DNA of 32,355 nt from an uncultured Chitinophaga sp. (GCA_964476015.1 CAYYZT010000001.1:1-32355); one strand, 5' to 3'. Positions 18,018 through 26,728 are shown, counted from the stretch's first letter. The notes: generated by a model not told the origin, from the letters alone. Numbers and translations: made by a program.

Positions 18018-18170
18018 TCACTTAGATTTACGATTTTTGCACCATTTTAAAAACTGGGTTATGGCCCATCTAATAAGGTAACCCAAAATTGTGTTTATAA
18101 ATAATTTTGCTGCCCATACAGTCCAAGGATTACTAATAACCCAGCTCAGATAAAATAATAAAGTTGTCAT
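18018..18170 (-). CDS. Possible 50-aa hydrophobic peptide (not in the ORF track)
   Basis: My own translation gives MTTLLFYLSWVISNPWTVWAAKLFINTILGYLIRWAITQFLKWCKNRKSK, a single TM segment with a basic tail. It has no homology support. Confidence 0.25.
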   Translation of the reverse strand: MTTLLFYLSWVISNPWTVWAAKLFINTILGYLIRWAITQFLKWCKNRKSK

Positions 18171-18275
18171 TGTTTGTTACTTTATTATAAATATCTAGCC
18201 CTTGAGAAAAAATAGATTTGGAGTACTGTTTTTTAAGGAGAAAATTATAATTAATTGAATATCAATCCAATAAAT

Positions 18276-19124
18276 TTATCTATCTCGTTCCTTGTTAAGT
18301 CCTTGTTTTTGTTGTCTCATTATTTCTAACTGATTTAGCCGGTCGTTCTGTTTGTCTAATAGCTGTATCTGTTCTTGACTTATCCCGAGCCGTGCAAACC
18401 GCAGCTTCTTGTTTTCCTCGCCCCAGCGGATGCCGAACGGCTGACCGTTGTGGTCGTAGGTCTCAAGCTTGGCTTGCGCCAATTTTCGATAAAAGTCCTT
18501 GGACGATTCGGCAGAACGGAATAGCTGTTGCACTTTTTGCGCTAGTTCATCTTTTGTTAAGGTTATGGTTGGATTCCGCTTGCGCTTATAATATTCCCTT
18601 TCGCTATGGTTTTTCTTGCCCCAGTTTGCGAGGTCAATGTTGGTAGCTAATTCCTTATGCTGGGTGCGGACATACCCGAGCATGTGCTCATGAATGGATC
18701 TTAACGTGGCCTTATCAAGCCTCGTGGACTTGTGGCTTCTCACTTCGTTTGCGCTCACCAACAGATGCGCATGCCAATGGTTTTGCGTATGATGGGTGGC
18801 ACCGAATGCAAGTGCATTGGGATATGCTTTATCGAGGTACTCTCTGATAATGCTATCCATCGTGGCCAAGTTCATGCGCCCCCTATCCAATGGTGATACG
18901 CTCAAGATAACGTGCATAGCTATATTGCCATTGGAGCGTTTTTTGCCAAACTGTGTATAGTTTTCTTTAAACTCGTTTGTCAGTTTGTCCAGCTCTATTT
19001 CTCGCACGTTGTTGAAGTATCCCACTTTTCTATAATCCTCAATATGCCCTTTATCGGTCGCTATGTAATCAATAATAGAACCTAGCGACGACAGTCTTTT
19101 AACGGGTATCAGTTTTATAATCAT
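18276..19124 (-). CDS. Relaxase/mobilisation nuclease (MobA/VirD2-type)
   Basis: The histidine-triad region is GATHHTQNHWHAHLLVSANE. The gene lies downstream of, and overlaps, the MobC-like gene. Confidence 0.8.
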   Translation of the reverse strand: MIIKLIPVKRLSSLGSIIDYIATDKGHIEDYRKVGYFNNVREIELDKLTNEFKENYTQFGKKRSNGNIAMHVILSVSPLDRGRMNLATMDSIIREYLDKAYPNALAFGATHHTQNHWHAHLLVSANEVRSHKSTRLDKATLRSIHEHMLGYVRTQHKELATNIDLANWGKKNHSEREYYKRKRNPTITLTKDELAQKVQQLFRSAESSKDFYRKLAQAKLETYDHNGQPFGIRWGEENKKLRFARLGISQEQIQLLDKQNDRLNQLEIMRQQKQGLNKERDR

Positions 19125-19587
19125 GGTGGGTTTCGATTAGCCGTATGAGGTGTGTTTGCCTATTGGGGAATCGCATTAGGTAAGACCGCAGCAACGGTTC
19201 GATGGTTTGGTGCGATACCACCGAGTCAGCTACAAGTGCCTCCAATAGGTTTAACTGGTTTCTTAAGTACCCAAGGTCATGGTGCGTTATTGTACCGCTG
19301 GCATTGATGTGCCTCACACATTGGTTAATGTTCGTGCCGATACGCCGTATACCAAGCACCAAAGCTTGCGCTGCATCGTCCGAGAGCGTTAACGATGATG
19401 GGGTTTTGTCATTATGCGTTAGTAAATGTTTGATGTATTCCGGCAATTGCTTTTTGTGCTCTTTGGCTTTGGCATCCAGCTTTCGAGCTTCTTCTAACGA
19501 GAACGATAAATGCACCTCCCGACGGCCTGTTCGGTATCGTTGTTTGTCCTCACGCCACTTGCGCTTTTGGTCGTCCGATGCATTCAT
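19099..19587 (-). CDS. MobC-family relaxosome accessory protein
   Basis: The IGTNINQCVRHINASG motif is characteristic of MobC. The gene has a 4-nt overlap with the upstream T4CP gene. Confidence 0.7.
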   Translation of the reverse strand: MNASDDQKRKWREDKQRYRTGRREVHLSFSLEEARKLDAKAKEHKKQLPEYIKHLLTHNDKTPSSLTLSDDAAQALVLGIRRIGTNINQCVRHINASGTITHHDLGYLRNQLNLLEALVADSVVSHQTIEPLLRSYLMRFPNRQTHLIRLIETHHDYKTDTR

Positions 19588-21038
19588 AGGTCGGTATCTT
19601 GCGTAGCTGATATGTTCTTGAGGTCGAGTAACGGCACTTCCCCGATGGGTAGTTTTCGTTCGGATGGCACGGGTGGTATGCTTGCGTACCGCTTATACTC
19701 CTTATGCTTATAATAAGGTTTGAGCGGAACGATAGCAGGACGGTGGTGGCCATGTATCAAAATTGCCTGGTCAGACGGCATGCTTCGTAATTCATCCGCA
19801 GTAATCAACGGCTTGATGCGGGTAATTTCCTTTTCGTCTTTGTATTCGCGCTTACCTGCCATCGCCTCGATCCTTTGTGCTGTTTCAAGCGGCTGGTTGG
19901 TTAGGTAGAGCTTGCTATTGCAGTTGGATATGATAGTAGCGGCCTGTTCCTTATTATAGAGGTCGTACAACTGCAATTCGTTCTGGACAAGGAGGGCGAT
20001 GCCACAGCGGAATTTGCGGGCTTGCGTTACCGCCAACGGCAAGGAGTTGATCTTGTATATGCCCGCTTCGTCGAGCATCAAGAAGATGTTTTCATCGCCC
20101 TCGTCGGGCAACTCTTTCAGTATTTCTCCTATCAATGCCTCAAAAAAGAGCGAAACAAGCAGTTTGTAGTGTATTAACTCGGAAGCAGTGGTCTGTAGAT
20201 AAACTATAGTGCGTTGTTTACGAAGTGAAGCAAAATCGAACGTATCGGTGGCAGTAATGTGCTTGATATGGTCTTCGGCAAATACGATCAGCGCGGCTTT
20301 TGCCGTGGAGATAATGGAGGCACGGGTATTGTCGCTGTTGCGGTTAAAGGCCAAATATTCACTCCACGTTTCGGCATCGGCGTGGGTGCTCATGTATTTG
20401 TCCACTAGGTCAGGCTGTCCGGCAAACGTGGTAACGAGGTGCAAGAGGTTTGCCATGTTGCGATATTGTGGCTCCATTTTGTACAGGGTTTTGCCAAGAA
20501 TAATTAATAGTGCTCCTCCTTGAAGACTCCAATACGGGTCGCGAGACTCACTTCCCAAAGTCAAAATCATTAAGGTGGTAATAAACTTTGCCAAATCAAC
20601 GGCATCCTTAGGAAAGGTATTCCAGCCATCGCTTTCCTCGCCCGTTCGGTCGCTGAAATTGATAACCACGATTTCGTACCCATTATCCCTGTAATACCCG
20701 CTGGTCAGGTTGTACAATTCCTTGCTCGGGTCGAGTACCACCGGATTGCCGTTGTTGCAGAGCGAAAACAGTGAATTGCTCGCTACAGCAGTACTCTTGC
20801 CTAAACCGGAATTTGCAGCTACCAACAGATGCGAAAAACTATCACGGGTGGACAGCGTGTATGCGCCACCTACGCTAAACCCTTTGTCTTTTCTTTTTAA
20901 GATGCTGTCAGGTTTGGTAAAGGTAGCTTGGTAGCCCTCGGGCGGTTGCCAAGTCGCATAAAACAACTTGGCAACGTCAACAATAAGGGTGAAAATCGCT
21001 TCTATTATCCCAACAAGAACGTCAATGAGCGCAGTCAT
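19584..21038 (-). CDS. Type IV coupling protein (TraG/TraD/VirD4-like)
   Basis: Walker A is AANSGLGKSTAV and Walker B is IFLMLDEAG. It sits in the same operon as the relaxase. Confidence 0.8.
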   Translation of the reverse strand: MTALIDVLVGIIEAIFTLIVDVAKLFYATWQPPEGYQATFTKPDSILKRKDKGFSVGGAYTLSTRDSFSHLLVAANSGLGKSTAVASNSLFSLCNNGNPVVLDPSKELYNLTSGYYRDNGYEIVVINFSDRTGEESDGWNTFPKDAVDLAKFITTLMILTLGSESRDPYWSLQGGALLIILGKTLYKMEPQYRNMANLLHLVTTFAGQPDLVDKYMSTHADAETWSEYLAFNRNSDNTRASIISTAKAALIVFAEDHIKHITATDTFDFASLRKQRTIVYLQTTASELIHYKLLVSLFFEALIGEILKELPDEGDENIFLMLDEAGIYKINSLPLAVTQARKFRCGIALLVQNELQLYDLYNKEQAATIISNCNSKLYLTNQPLETAQRIEAMAGKREYKDEKEITRIKPLITADELRSMPSDQAILIHGHHRPAIVPLKPYYKHKEYKRYASIPPVPSERKLPIGEVPLLDLKNISATQDTDL

Positions 21039-21199
21039 GGCAGTACACGGGTGTTAAGGATGGCTTTGATAAAGCTGCTTGCCGCTTCGAGCACCACGGC
21101 AAATAACCGGCAGGCAGCATAGAACCCCAAAAGGAATAGATAGGCTGTTAGCTTGAGTATCTTCCAAATGAAGCGGCCGAACAGTTTTAGGGCTTCCAT
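21035..21199 (-). CDS. Unannotated 54-aa membrane peptide, translationally coupled to the T4CP gene
   Basis: My own translation gives MEALKLFGRFIWKILKLTAYLFLLGFYAACRLFAVVLEAASSFIKAILNTRVLP. Its TGA overlaps the T4CP ATG (ATGA at 21035-21038), and its ATG overlaps the end of the upstream gene. Confidence 0.45.
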   Translation of the reverse strand: MEALKLFGRFIWKILKLTAYLFLLGFYAACRLFAVVLEAASSFIKAILNTRVLP

Positions 21200-21930
21200 G
21201 GCATCAATGTTTGCGCGATGGAGAGATTGGCGGAAATATGTACCGTGGCCCCATGTTCTTCGAGTATCCCTTTGTAGAAGGCAGATATGATACTGTAGCG
21301 ATCGTTGTCCTCGGGAGATACGGGCTGATGGATAAGATACACTGTAATGCCGTTAAGGTTTGGAAGCGGGTATTTCGCTTCGAACACCTCCCTTAACAAT
21401 TCGGGCTTGTCCCGCAATTGCTGAAGCGTTTGTGATTTGTAGAAGTTGGCAAGACCGCTCAATTCCATTAGGTCGCTTTGGAGCGAGAGTGTTTTGTGTT
21501 CCGCTTTGGAGTTGGCCAAACGTGTAAGCTCTTGCATCATCGGTTCATAGATAACCGAACGCTCCCGCTTTGCGGCTTGCATGGACAAGGTGTCCAAAGT
21601 TGTTTGGATGTTGGAGTAATAACGTTTCAGTTCCCTGTTTCTATCCAGTTCATTACCCAGCAGCTCGTTTTGCAAAGCCGGCAATATAAATGCATGGGCT
21701 TGATTAAACGTCAGCTCTGTTATTGGCCGTATGGTGATTTCCTCCCTCGCATTACCATCTTGTATCGTAATACTGAGGGATTGCAACAGTTCAAAGGTTG
21801 TCGGCCTATAGTACTCCTCGGTCAAGTCAACCATATACACAAGGCTATGGCTTGGCGGGATGGTGTTGCAGCTTGCCCATATAAGGCAAGCCGCAGCGAG
21901 TATAATCAGGGTTAATGCTAGTTTTCTCAT
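21187..21930 (-). CDS. Lipoprotein, function unknown
   Basis: It has a signal peptide and lipobox (LIILAAACLIWASC). Confidence 0.6.
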   Translation of the reverse strand: MRKLALTLIILAAACLIWASCNTIPPSHSLVYMVDLTEEYYRPTTFELLQSLSITIQDGNAREEITIRPITELTFNQAHAFILPALQNELLGNELDRNRELKRYYSNIQTTLDTLSMQAAKRERSVIYEPMMQELTRLANSKAEHKTLSLQSDLMELSGLANFYKSQTLQQLRDKPELLREVFEAKYPLPNLNGITVYLIHQPVSPEDNDRYSIISAFYKGILEEHGATVHISANLSIAQTLMPWKP

Positions 21931-21952
21931 GGTCTATGGTTTTGGTTAATGG

Positions 21953-22945
21953 TTAAATAGTCTCCATTTCGGTTGACGATTTGCCCCCTTTCAGGTGAAA
22001 CTCACTTAACAGGGTACGCTTCATCAGGTCACGCTGTGCATCTAATTGGGTCAGCTTATCGTTTTGGTATTTGTTGATGTCTTCCAGATCGTCAACGATT
22101 TCGGAATATTCCTTTTCCGCTTTTTGCATATCCTGTTGCAGTTTCTGGGCCTCCTTATTCAGTCTGTCAATCTCCTTTTGGATATTGTCACGGCGCAGCT
22201 TTTCGTCAATCTGGCGTTGGGTGGGCAGATAAGTTGCCGAAATGTATATGGCAAGGGCAAAGAAGAAACTGTTCCAAATAGCCCACAGGAATGGGTTGGC
22301 TACAACGCCGCCCTCGGCTCCATAGAACGCCAGCCTAAATAGGCCGAGTACAAAGAAGAACACGGCACCGCCAAGGATTCCGGCCAAAAGCCATATCCAT
22401 TTTTTACGGTTTGTAGTTGCTTCCCGTACTTTTTTGCCAATGATATGCGCACCAAGGGCCAACGCGGCAACGGTAACAACGGCGACAATGATCGCAAAAA
22501 ACAAGTTCGACACCACAACCTGGAAAGAACGGAAGTTCAGTAGCGCGTCAGTGGCACAGATCACACAGATAGCCGCTATCCATTTGTTGCGCTGGTTCCA
22601 CGGGTAATCTAGCTTGATGCGCTTAACATCAATAAGCAACGGCTTAAGCTCCTGTTGAATTTTCTCATACCGTTCATGAAATGCATGGCGCAAGTCTTCC
22701 ATCCTGAACTGCTCCACTAACGCACGGAATTCGGTTATATGGGTACCGAGCCAAAGTTTGACCCTAGCTTTCAGCTCACTGAAATAGGCATCGGCCTGTT
22801 CCATTAATGGTGCCGTGGATAAACCTTTCTGTTGAGCGGTTAGGCTCACATCGCTTAGGAACCGATTTTGTTCGGTAGCGATTTCGGCATTGAAAGAAGC
22901 TTCTTTTTCTTCTTTGCCGATTTTCTTTGATGTTCTTGTTTTCAT
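21953..22945 (-). CDS. Membrane protein with flanking coiled coils, function unknown
   Basis: Four central TM helices are present (for example LFFAIIVAVVTVAALALGAHIIG and WIWLLAGILGGAVFFFVLGLF). Charged helical regions lie at both termini. Confidence 0.6.
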   Translation of the reverse strand: MKTRTSKKIGKEEKEASFNAEIATEQNRFLSDVSLTAQQKGLSTAPLMEQADAYFSELKARVKLWLGTHITEFRALVEQFRMEDLRHAFHERYEKIQQELKPLLIDVKRIKLDYPWNQRNKWIAAICVICATDALLNFRSFQVVVSNLFFAIIVAVVTVAALALGAHIIGKKVREATTNRKKWIWLLAGILGGAVFFFVLGLFRLAFYGAEGGVVANPFLWAIWNSFFFALAIYISATYLPTQRQIDEKLRRDNIQKEIDRLNKEAQKLQQDMQKAEKEYSEIVDDLEDINKYQNDKLTQLDAQRDLMKRTLLSEFHLKGGKSSTEMETI

Positions 22946-22978
22946 TGTACTGAGTTTTGGTTAACTGATTTGTAATAA

Positions 22979-23188
22979 TTATTTAGGCGCTACGTCGCTG
23001 TCATCGCAGAAGTGTTTTTTGAGAAGGCCGCCAAGCTTTATATGTCTTTGGTCGCTTGGGTAGTATCCGTGCTGCTCATAAAAGCTGGCTGCTGTTTCCG
23101 TTGCATCAGGAGCAGGTAGGTTTTGTGCAGAAGAATGGTGTAGTTCTTCCTGCAATTTTTCAGGTGTTGTTATGGGCTTGGGTTCCAT
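22979..23188 (-). CDS. Hypothetical 69-aa protein (first ORF of the mob-side operon)
   Basis: The call rests only on the ORF itself, which is co-oriented with the next gene and 33 nt from it. Confidence 0.4.
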   Translation of the reverse strand: MEPKPITTPEKLQEELHHSSAQNLPAPDATETAASFYEQHGYYPSDQRHIKLGGLLKKHFCDDSDVAPK

Positions 23189-23603
23189 GGCACATTATTC
23201 TAGTAATGAATGATATTGGCTGCTAGGCTTTGCCTTAGCGTTTTCCAGTTTGAACAGAGGGAACGGTAATGATGAGATAGAGCCAATAAGATACTTGCTC
23301 GGTAAGTGAGGCTAATTGTGCTCGGCTTGTGCAGATAACCAGCGTACTGGGGATATGTAGCGTGGAGGCAGCTAAAAGGATAGCGATATATGCCATAGTA
23401 TATGGCAAGGTACTAGCACACACCGTTGACTTGCAATTATTTGCAATATGTGCTATAGTATTCGATAAGTTAAGCGTTGCGTTATCTACGCCATTTCTAC
23501 GCTTTGTTACAGCACTTTTACAGGTATTCCGCATTGCGGAATCAATACTCCAGTTGGAGACATCCTGTTTTCTTAGGGAAACAGTCATAATAAATTGTGT
23601 TGG

Positions 23604-23657
23604 GCCGCAGATGGGAGAATCCTGAGAAAATTCTTAATCCTGTCTGCGGCTTTTTTT
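23604..23657 (+). terminator. Strong intrinsic terminator with no convincing upstream gene
   Basis: GCCGCAGA (23604-23611) pairs with TCTGCGGC (23643-23650), with an inner helix of GAGAAT and ATTCTT. The hairpin is followed by T7 (23651-23657). There is no T-tract on the opposite strand. Confidence 0.6.
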
Positions 23658-23874
23658 ATATGACCACAGTCTGAGGCGGGTTAACAATGCAAATATATTA
23701 GGCTGTTAATCAAGTGTATAAAAATTATATAGGTTACTTATTTCTAAATTTCAACCCAGTAATTGTATGCATTTAAGTGGTAATTGTTGGAGAATTACCA
23801 AAGGAAGTTTTAATGCTTTTCAAGTAATTCCTAAGTAATTTCCCGAAAAACAATACTTGGAAGATTTTTGTATG

Positions 23875-23882
23875 TATGTTTG
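23875..23882 (+). promoter_or_regulatory. Bacteroidota -7 promoter box (TAnnTTTG)
   Basis: TATGTTTG lies 29 nt upstream of the ATG at 23911. I found no clean -33 TTTG at the consensus spacing. Confidence 0.4.
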
Positions 23883-23910
23883 CAAAAACACCTACCTAAT
23901 TTAATTACTA

Positions 23911-25296
23911 ATGTCACTTACTGTTTTAGAAAGCAAAGAGTTGGTACAACTATGCAAGGAAGTTTTTGATGAATTAGTTAATAGGCTTTTGCCAGTATTG
24001 ACTAGTTATGCAAGTGCCAATAACGTCGAGGCTCCTTCAGGAAAAACCAATATTTTATTTGCAAAGGATGCAAGTCACGGCTATAAGGAATTAATCCGAT
24101 ACTGGGCATGGGACATCGAAAAAAGCAATGGAACGACACTGTCTAGGTATCCTAATTTTCGCAAATATTATGAGTTAGAGTATGACCCCAAAGATCCTAC
24201 CATAGTACTGCTTGAAAAAAGGTATGTAATGCTATTGGAGTATTTAGTCCCAATGGGTGATACACTACAACAATGGGTAAAGCAAAATTTTCAGCAATCA
24301 ATTGTTCAAAAGCAGTTGCAGCTTTGGAATGAGAATGCACTGGAATTGGTTAGCACACTTTATGAAGGCTGCATTTATTCAATTGAACCGCCGCATATAC
24401 GTCCAAAGTGGTATGAATTTGTATCGTATAAGCATGACTCCAAGTTAAAAGAAGTCAATTTGTACATACTGAGGAATCTAAAAGATTCTGCGAATGGGGA
24501 GTTGAACCGAATTGAATCGGTGAGCAAACCCGTTTTCGATGGTGATTGCTGCATCTTAAACTTTAATTATCGCTTAGAAAACAAAAGAATAGTACAACGG
24601 CATCAGTTTGAACTTAACAATGGTGAATATCCTGATTTTTCATTGATTAGCGTAATACGAGGAACTTACCAAGGCACATCTCGAGGTAACAGGCTTGTAG
24701 TCGGACTTTCGATTGCAAAACGTTTAAATTTCTCCAATGACGCCGAGTTGGTAGCTTATAAAGAAACAATAGGAAATCGTTTTACTCCCGATGAGGAAAT
24801 TTCAAAAATTCTCGCTCTTCTACAGCCTCAGATAAGGATTACAGATAAAACCGTCCCTACCTTAACAAGAATTTCAGAAATAACTCACGTCAAAGATGCT
24901 CTTAAGCTGAAGCCTGGATCTTATTACTTATTGACTTTTGACACAAGTCGGAAATACTACGCACTAACGTTAAATATCTCTGACAACCTAATTGCTACAA
25001 TTAACAACGATATTGAGATAACAGCGAGAATAAGATATGCTTTTAACCGCTATATCCATTTAACTATTATTGATAAGCATTTTACTGAAACTACAGTAAT
25101 TCAGTTCCCCTTAAATTACAATGAAACTCCTCAGGGCCATTTCCTACATACAGGCGACTTATTGCCAAAGACCGGGGAGATTTTTATTGTAAATGAAAGG
25201 TGGATTAATCCAAAGAAGATTGCAACTGAAATAGAGGTTACGAATGAAATGCCTAAAACAGTAAGTGAAAGACTTCAAGAATTCGGGCTAATGTAA
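23911..25296 (+). CDS. Hypothetical 461-aa protein with no recognisable motifs (AT-rich cargo)
   Basis: It is a long uninterrupted ORF with its own promoter-like box. Confidence 0.65.
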   Translation: MSLTVLESKELVQLCKEVFDELVNRLLPVLTSYASANNVEAPSGKTNILFAKDASHGYKELIRYWAWDIEKSNGTTLSRYPNFRKYYELEYDPKDPTIVLLEKRYVMLLEYLVPMGDTLQQWVKQNFQQSIVQKQLQLWNENALELVSTLYEGCIYSIEPPHIRPKWYEFVSYKHDSKLKEVNLYILRNLKDSANGELNRIESVSKPVFDGDCCILNFNYRLENKRIVQRHQFELNNGEYPDFSLISVIRGTYQGTSRGNRLVVGLSIAKRLNFSNDAELVAYKETIGNRFTPDEEISKILALLQPQIRITDKTVPTLTRISEITHVKDALKLKPGSYYLLTFDTSRKYYALTLNISDNLIATINNDIEITARIRYAFNRYIHLTIIDKHFTETTVIQFPLNYNETPQGHFLHTGDLLPKTGEIFIVNERWINPKKIATEIEVTNEMPKTVSERLQEFGLM

Positions 25297-25303
25297 ATTT
25301 TTA

Positions 25304-25498
25304 CTAATTATTAAGTAATGATTTGGGCACAACTTCCTTTGGCTCAACTACCAAATAGCTGATGTTTGGGTTTTGGAATAGTTGTAAATACATCTTTCCG
25401 CCCTCTTTGATTTTAATGATCCCTATTTTGTGAAATAGTTTCTTTACCCGGCCATCATGATTGAACTCCTGTTTACTAAGTACGTTGAATAGCTGCAT
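25304..25498 (-). CDS. Hypothetical 64-aa protein
   Basis: The call rests only on the ORF. It is convergent with the 461-aa gene, with a 7-nt gap between them. Confidence 0.35.
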   Translation of the reverse strand: MQLFNVLSKQEFNHDGRVKKLFHKIGIIKIKEGGKMYLQLFQNPNISYLVVEPKEVVPKSLLNN

Positions 25499-25515
25499 AT
25501 TTTATGCTTTTTTAA

Positions 25516-25743
25516 TTACGGTTAATACGGTCTGAAAGGCGACGACTATGTATTTCGACAATACATGATTGCAATTGCGGGTAGAAAAGCGACACCATCG
25601 CACTAGGTATATCTTTTGCGACATTTGGTATGGTTTTCAAATGGGCTTATAAGGCCCATAACTCAGCAACTGCATGGTAACTGTCCGAGATTAATGGGCT
25701 TTTAATTTAAGCCGCCTTTCAGACCCGCATAGTATAACCGTAA
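25516..25743. other. Roughly 230-nt structured element closed by a 22-bp long-range helix (candidate ncRNA or recombination/regulatory DNA structure)
   Basis: TTACGGTTA (25516-25524) pairs with TAACCGTAA (25735-25743). GGTCTGAAAGGCG (25529-25541) pairs with CGCCTTTCAGACC (25713-25725). Internal hairpins are 25548-25566 (a 7-bp stem) and 25641-25659 (an 8-bp stem). AATGGGCTT is repeated at 25640 and 25693. Confidence 0.45.
25676..25687. repeat. Left copy of the inverted repeat flanking the integrase gene
   Basis: GGTAACTGTCCG is the exact reverse complement of 26729-26740. Confidence 0.55.
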
Positions 25744-25749
25744 AGGTTT

Positions 25750-26688
25750 TCATTGCAAGCCTTGCCTGTGGATTTCGTAATAACTGGATTTAATCTTTTT
25801 TAATCTTCGGTTTTCTGGTAGAAATGCCTGCTGCAGACGTAACTGCTCCTGTGGGTTAAGCCTGGTGTAATGGTGCGTGGATTCCATGGAAACATGGCCA
25901 AGGGCAATCTGTATATTTTCCCTTGTGCCGCCATGTGCAAGGATGTAGTGGCCGCGCCCGTGCCTGAAGCTATGAGGGTTCATTTTTACGCCCAACTCAT
26001 TACCAATTTCCTTGCACCATCGCTGCACCGTGCGGCTTGTAAGCCGGGTACGCTTACCGTTCTTAATTCCCTGCGGTGTTTGGAAAAGTTCAGGAGCTTG
26101 ATTTAAACATACTCTGATACCGAGGTATTTTATCAGTAGCTTGTGGCATGCCTCATTCCAAACCACAATACGTAGTCGTTTGCTCTTAAGCGACCTGATG
26201 AGCATGTGCCGTTCTTTCAGGTTTATATCCGTAATATTGGTAGCGAGCGATTCCCCTATACGCATGCCAGTATTCCAAAGCAAATTGAAAATTACCTTTT
26301 GCGTGAGTTGGTAGTAATTGTCCTCACTTAAGTAATCGTCTATCAGATCGAACATTTCAGGAGTGATTACGTTGGGCTGCTTTTCGGCAATCTTCCGTGG
26401 GCCGTTTATAAGCTCGTAAGCGACTTCCGTTTCCCTTTTCGCATACCAATACTTGAAGAACCCGCGCAAGCTGTGTGCTTTGTTTTGCCTCGTCTTTGGG
26501 CTGTGGGTTTCAGCAATAGCGATTAGATAATCATCTATGTCATCATTGGTTGCATCTTTCAGGTCTTCCTTTTTTAGGTGCTGAAAGAATTGGCGCACAT
26601 CGCGCTCATAGGTATAGCAGGTTTTTTCTGCCAGATTTTCGGCACGCTTAATAGTAATATAGCGTGCCAGTGCAGTTTCAAATAGCAT
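25750..26688 (-). CDS. Tyrosine recombinase/integrase (XerC/D-like phage integrase family)
   Basis: Catalytic signature motifs are NTGMRIGESLA (Arg I), HSFRHGRGHYIL (H-x-x-R) and LGHVSMESTHHYTRL (His/Tyr). An N-terminal SAM-like core-binding region is also present. Confidence 0.85.
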   Translation of the reverse strand: MLFETALARYITIKRAENLAEKTCYTYERDVRQFFQHLKKEDLKDATNDDIDDYLIAIAETHSPKTRQNKAHSLRGFFKYWYAKRETEVAYELINGPRKIAEKQPNVITPEMFDLIDDYLSEDNYYQLTQKVIFNLLWNTGMRIGESLATNITDINLKERHMLIRSLKSKRLRIVVWNEACHKLLIKYLGIRVCLNQAPELFQTPQGIKNGKRTRLTSRTVQRWCKEIGNELGVKMNPHSFRHGRGHYILAHGGTRENIQIALGHVSMESTHHYTRLNPQEQLRLQQAFLPENRRLKKIKSSYYEIHRQGLQ

Positions 26689-26728
26689 AATGGCTGTAAT
26701 ACAAGCCGCCCGTTTGGCTTGTGTGTCC

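Noticed and set aside
19202-22518. ORFs within the mob, T4CP and membrane genes, either antisense or in alternative frames. Examples are 19202-19606, 19510-19753, 20209-20523, 20710-21122, 21211-21915, 22046-22342 and 22300-22518.
   Set aside because: All are nested within motif-supported or well-structured minus-strand genes. They have a shadow-ORF composition.
23235-23625. Two ORFs, 23235-23588 (minus, 117 aa) and 23329-23625 (plus, 98 aa).
   Set aside because: They overlap each other and are Ser/Thr/Ala/Ile-rich with no domain signature. They run through several perfect palindromes, so I treat the region as non-coding (oriT or ncRNA candidate). The plus-strand ORF does end inside the terminator hairpin, however, so it is not fully excluded.
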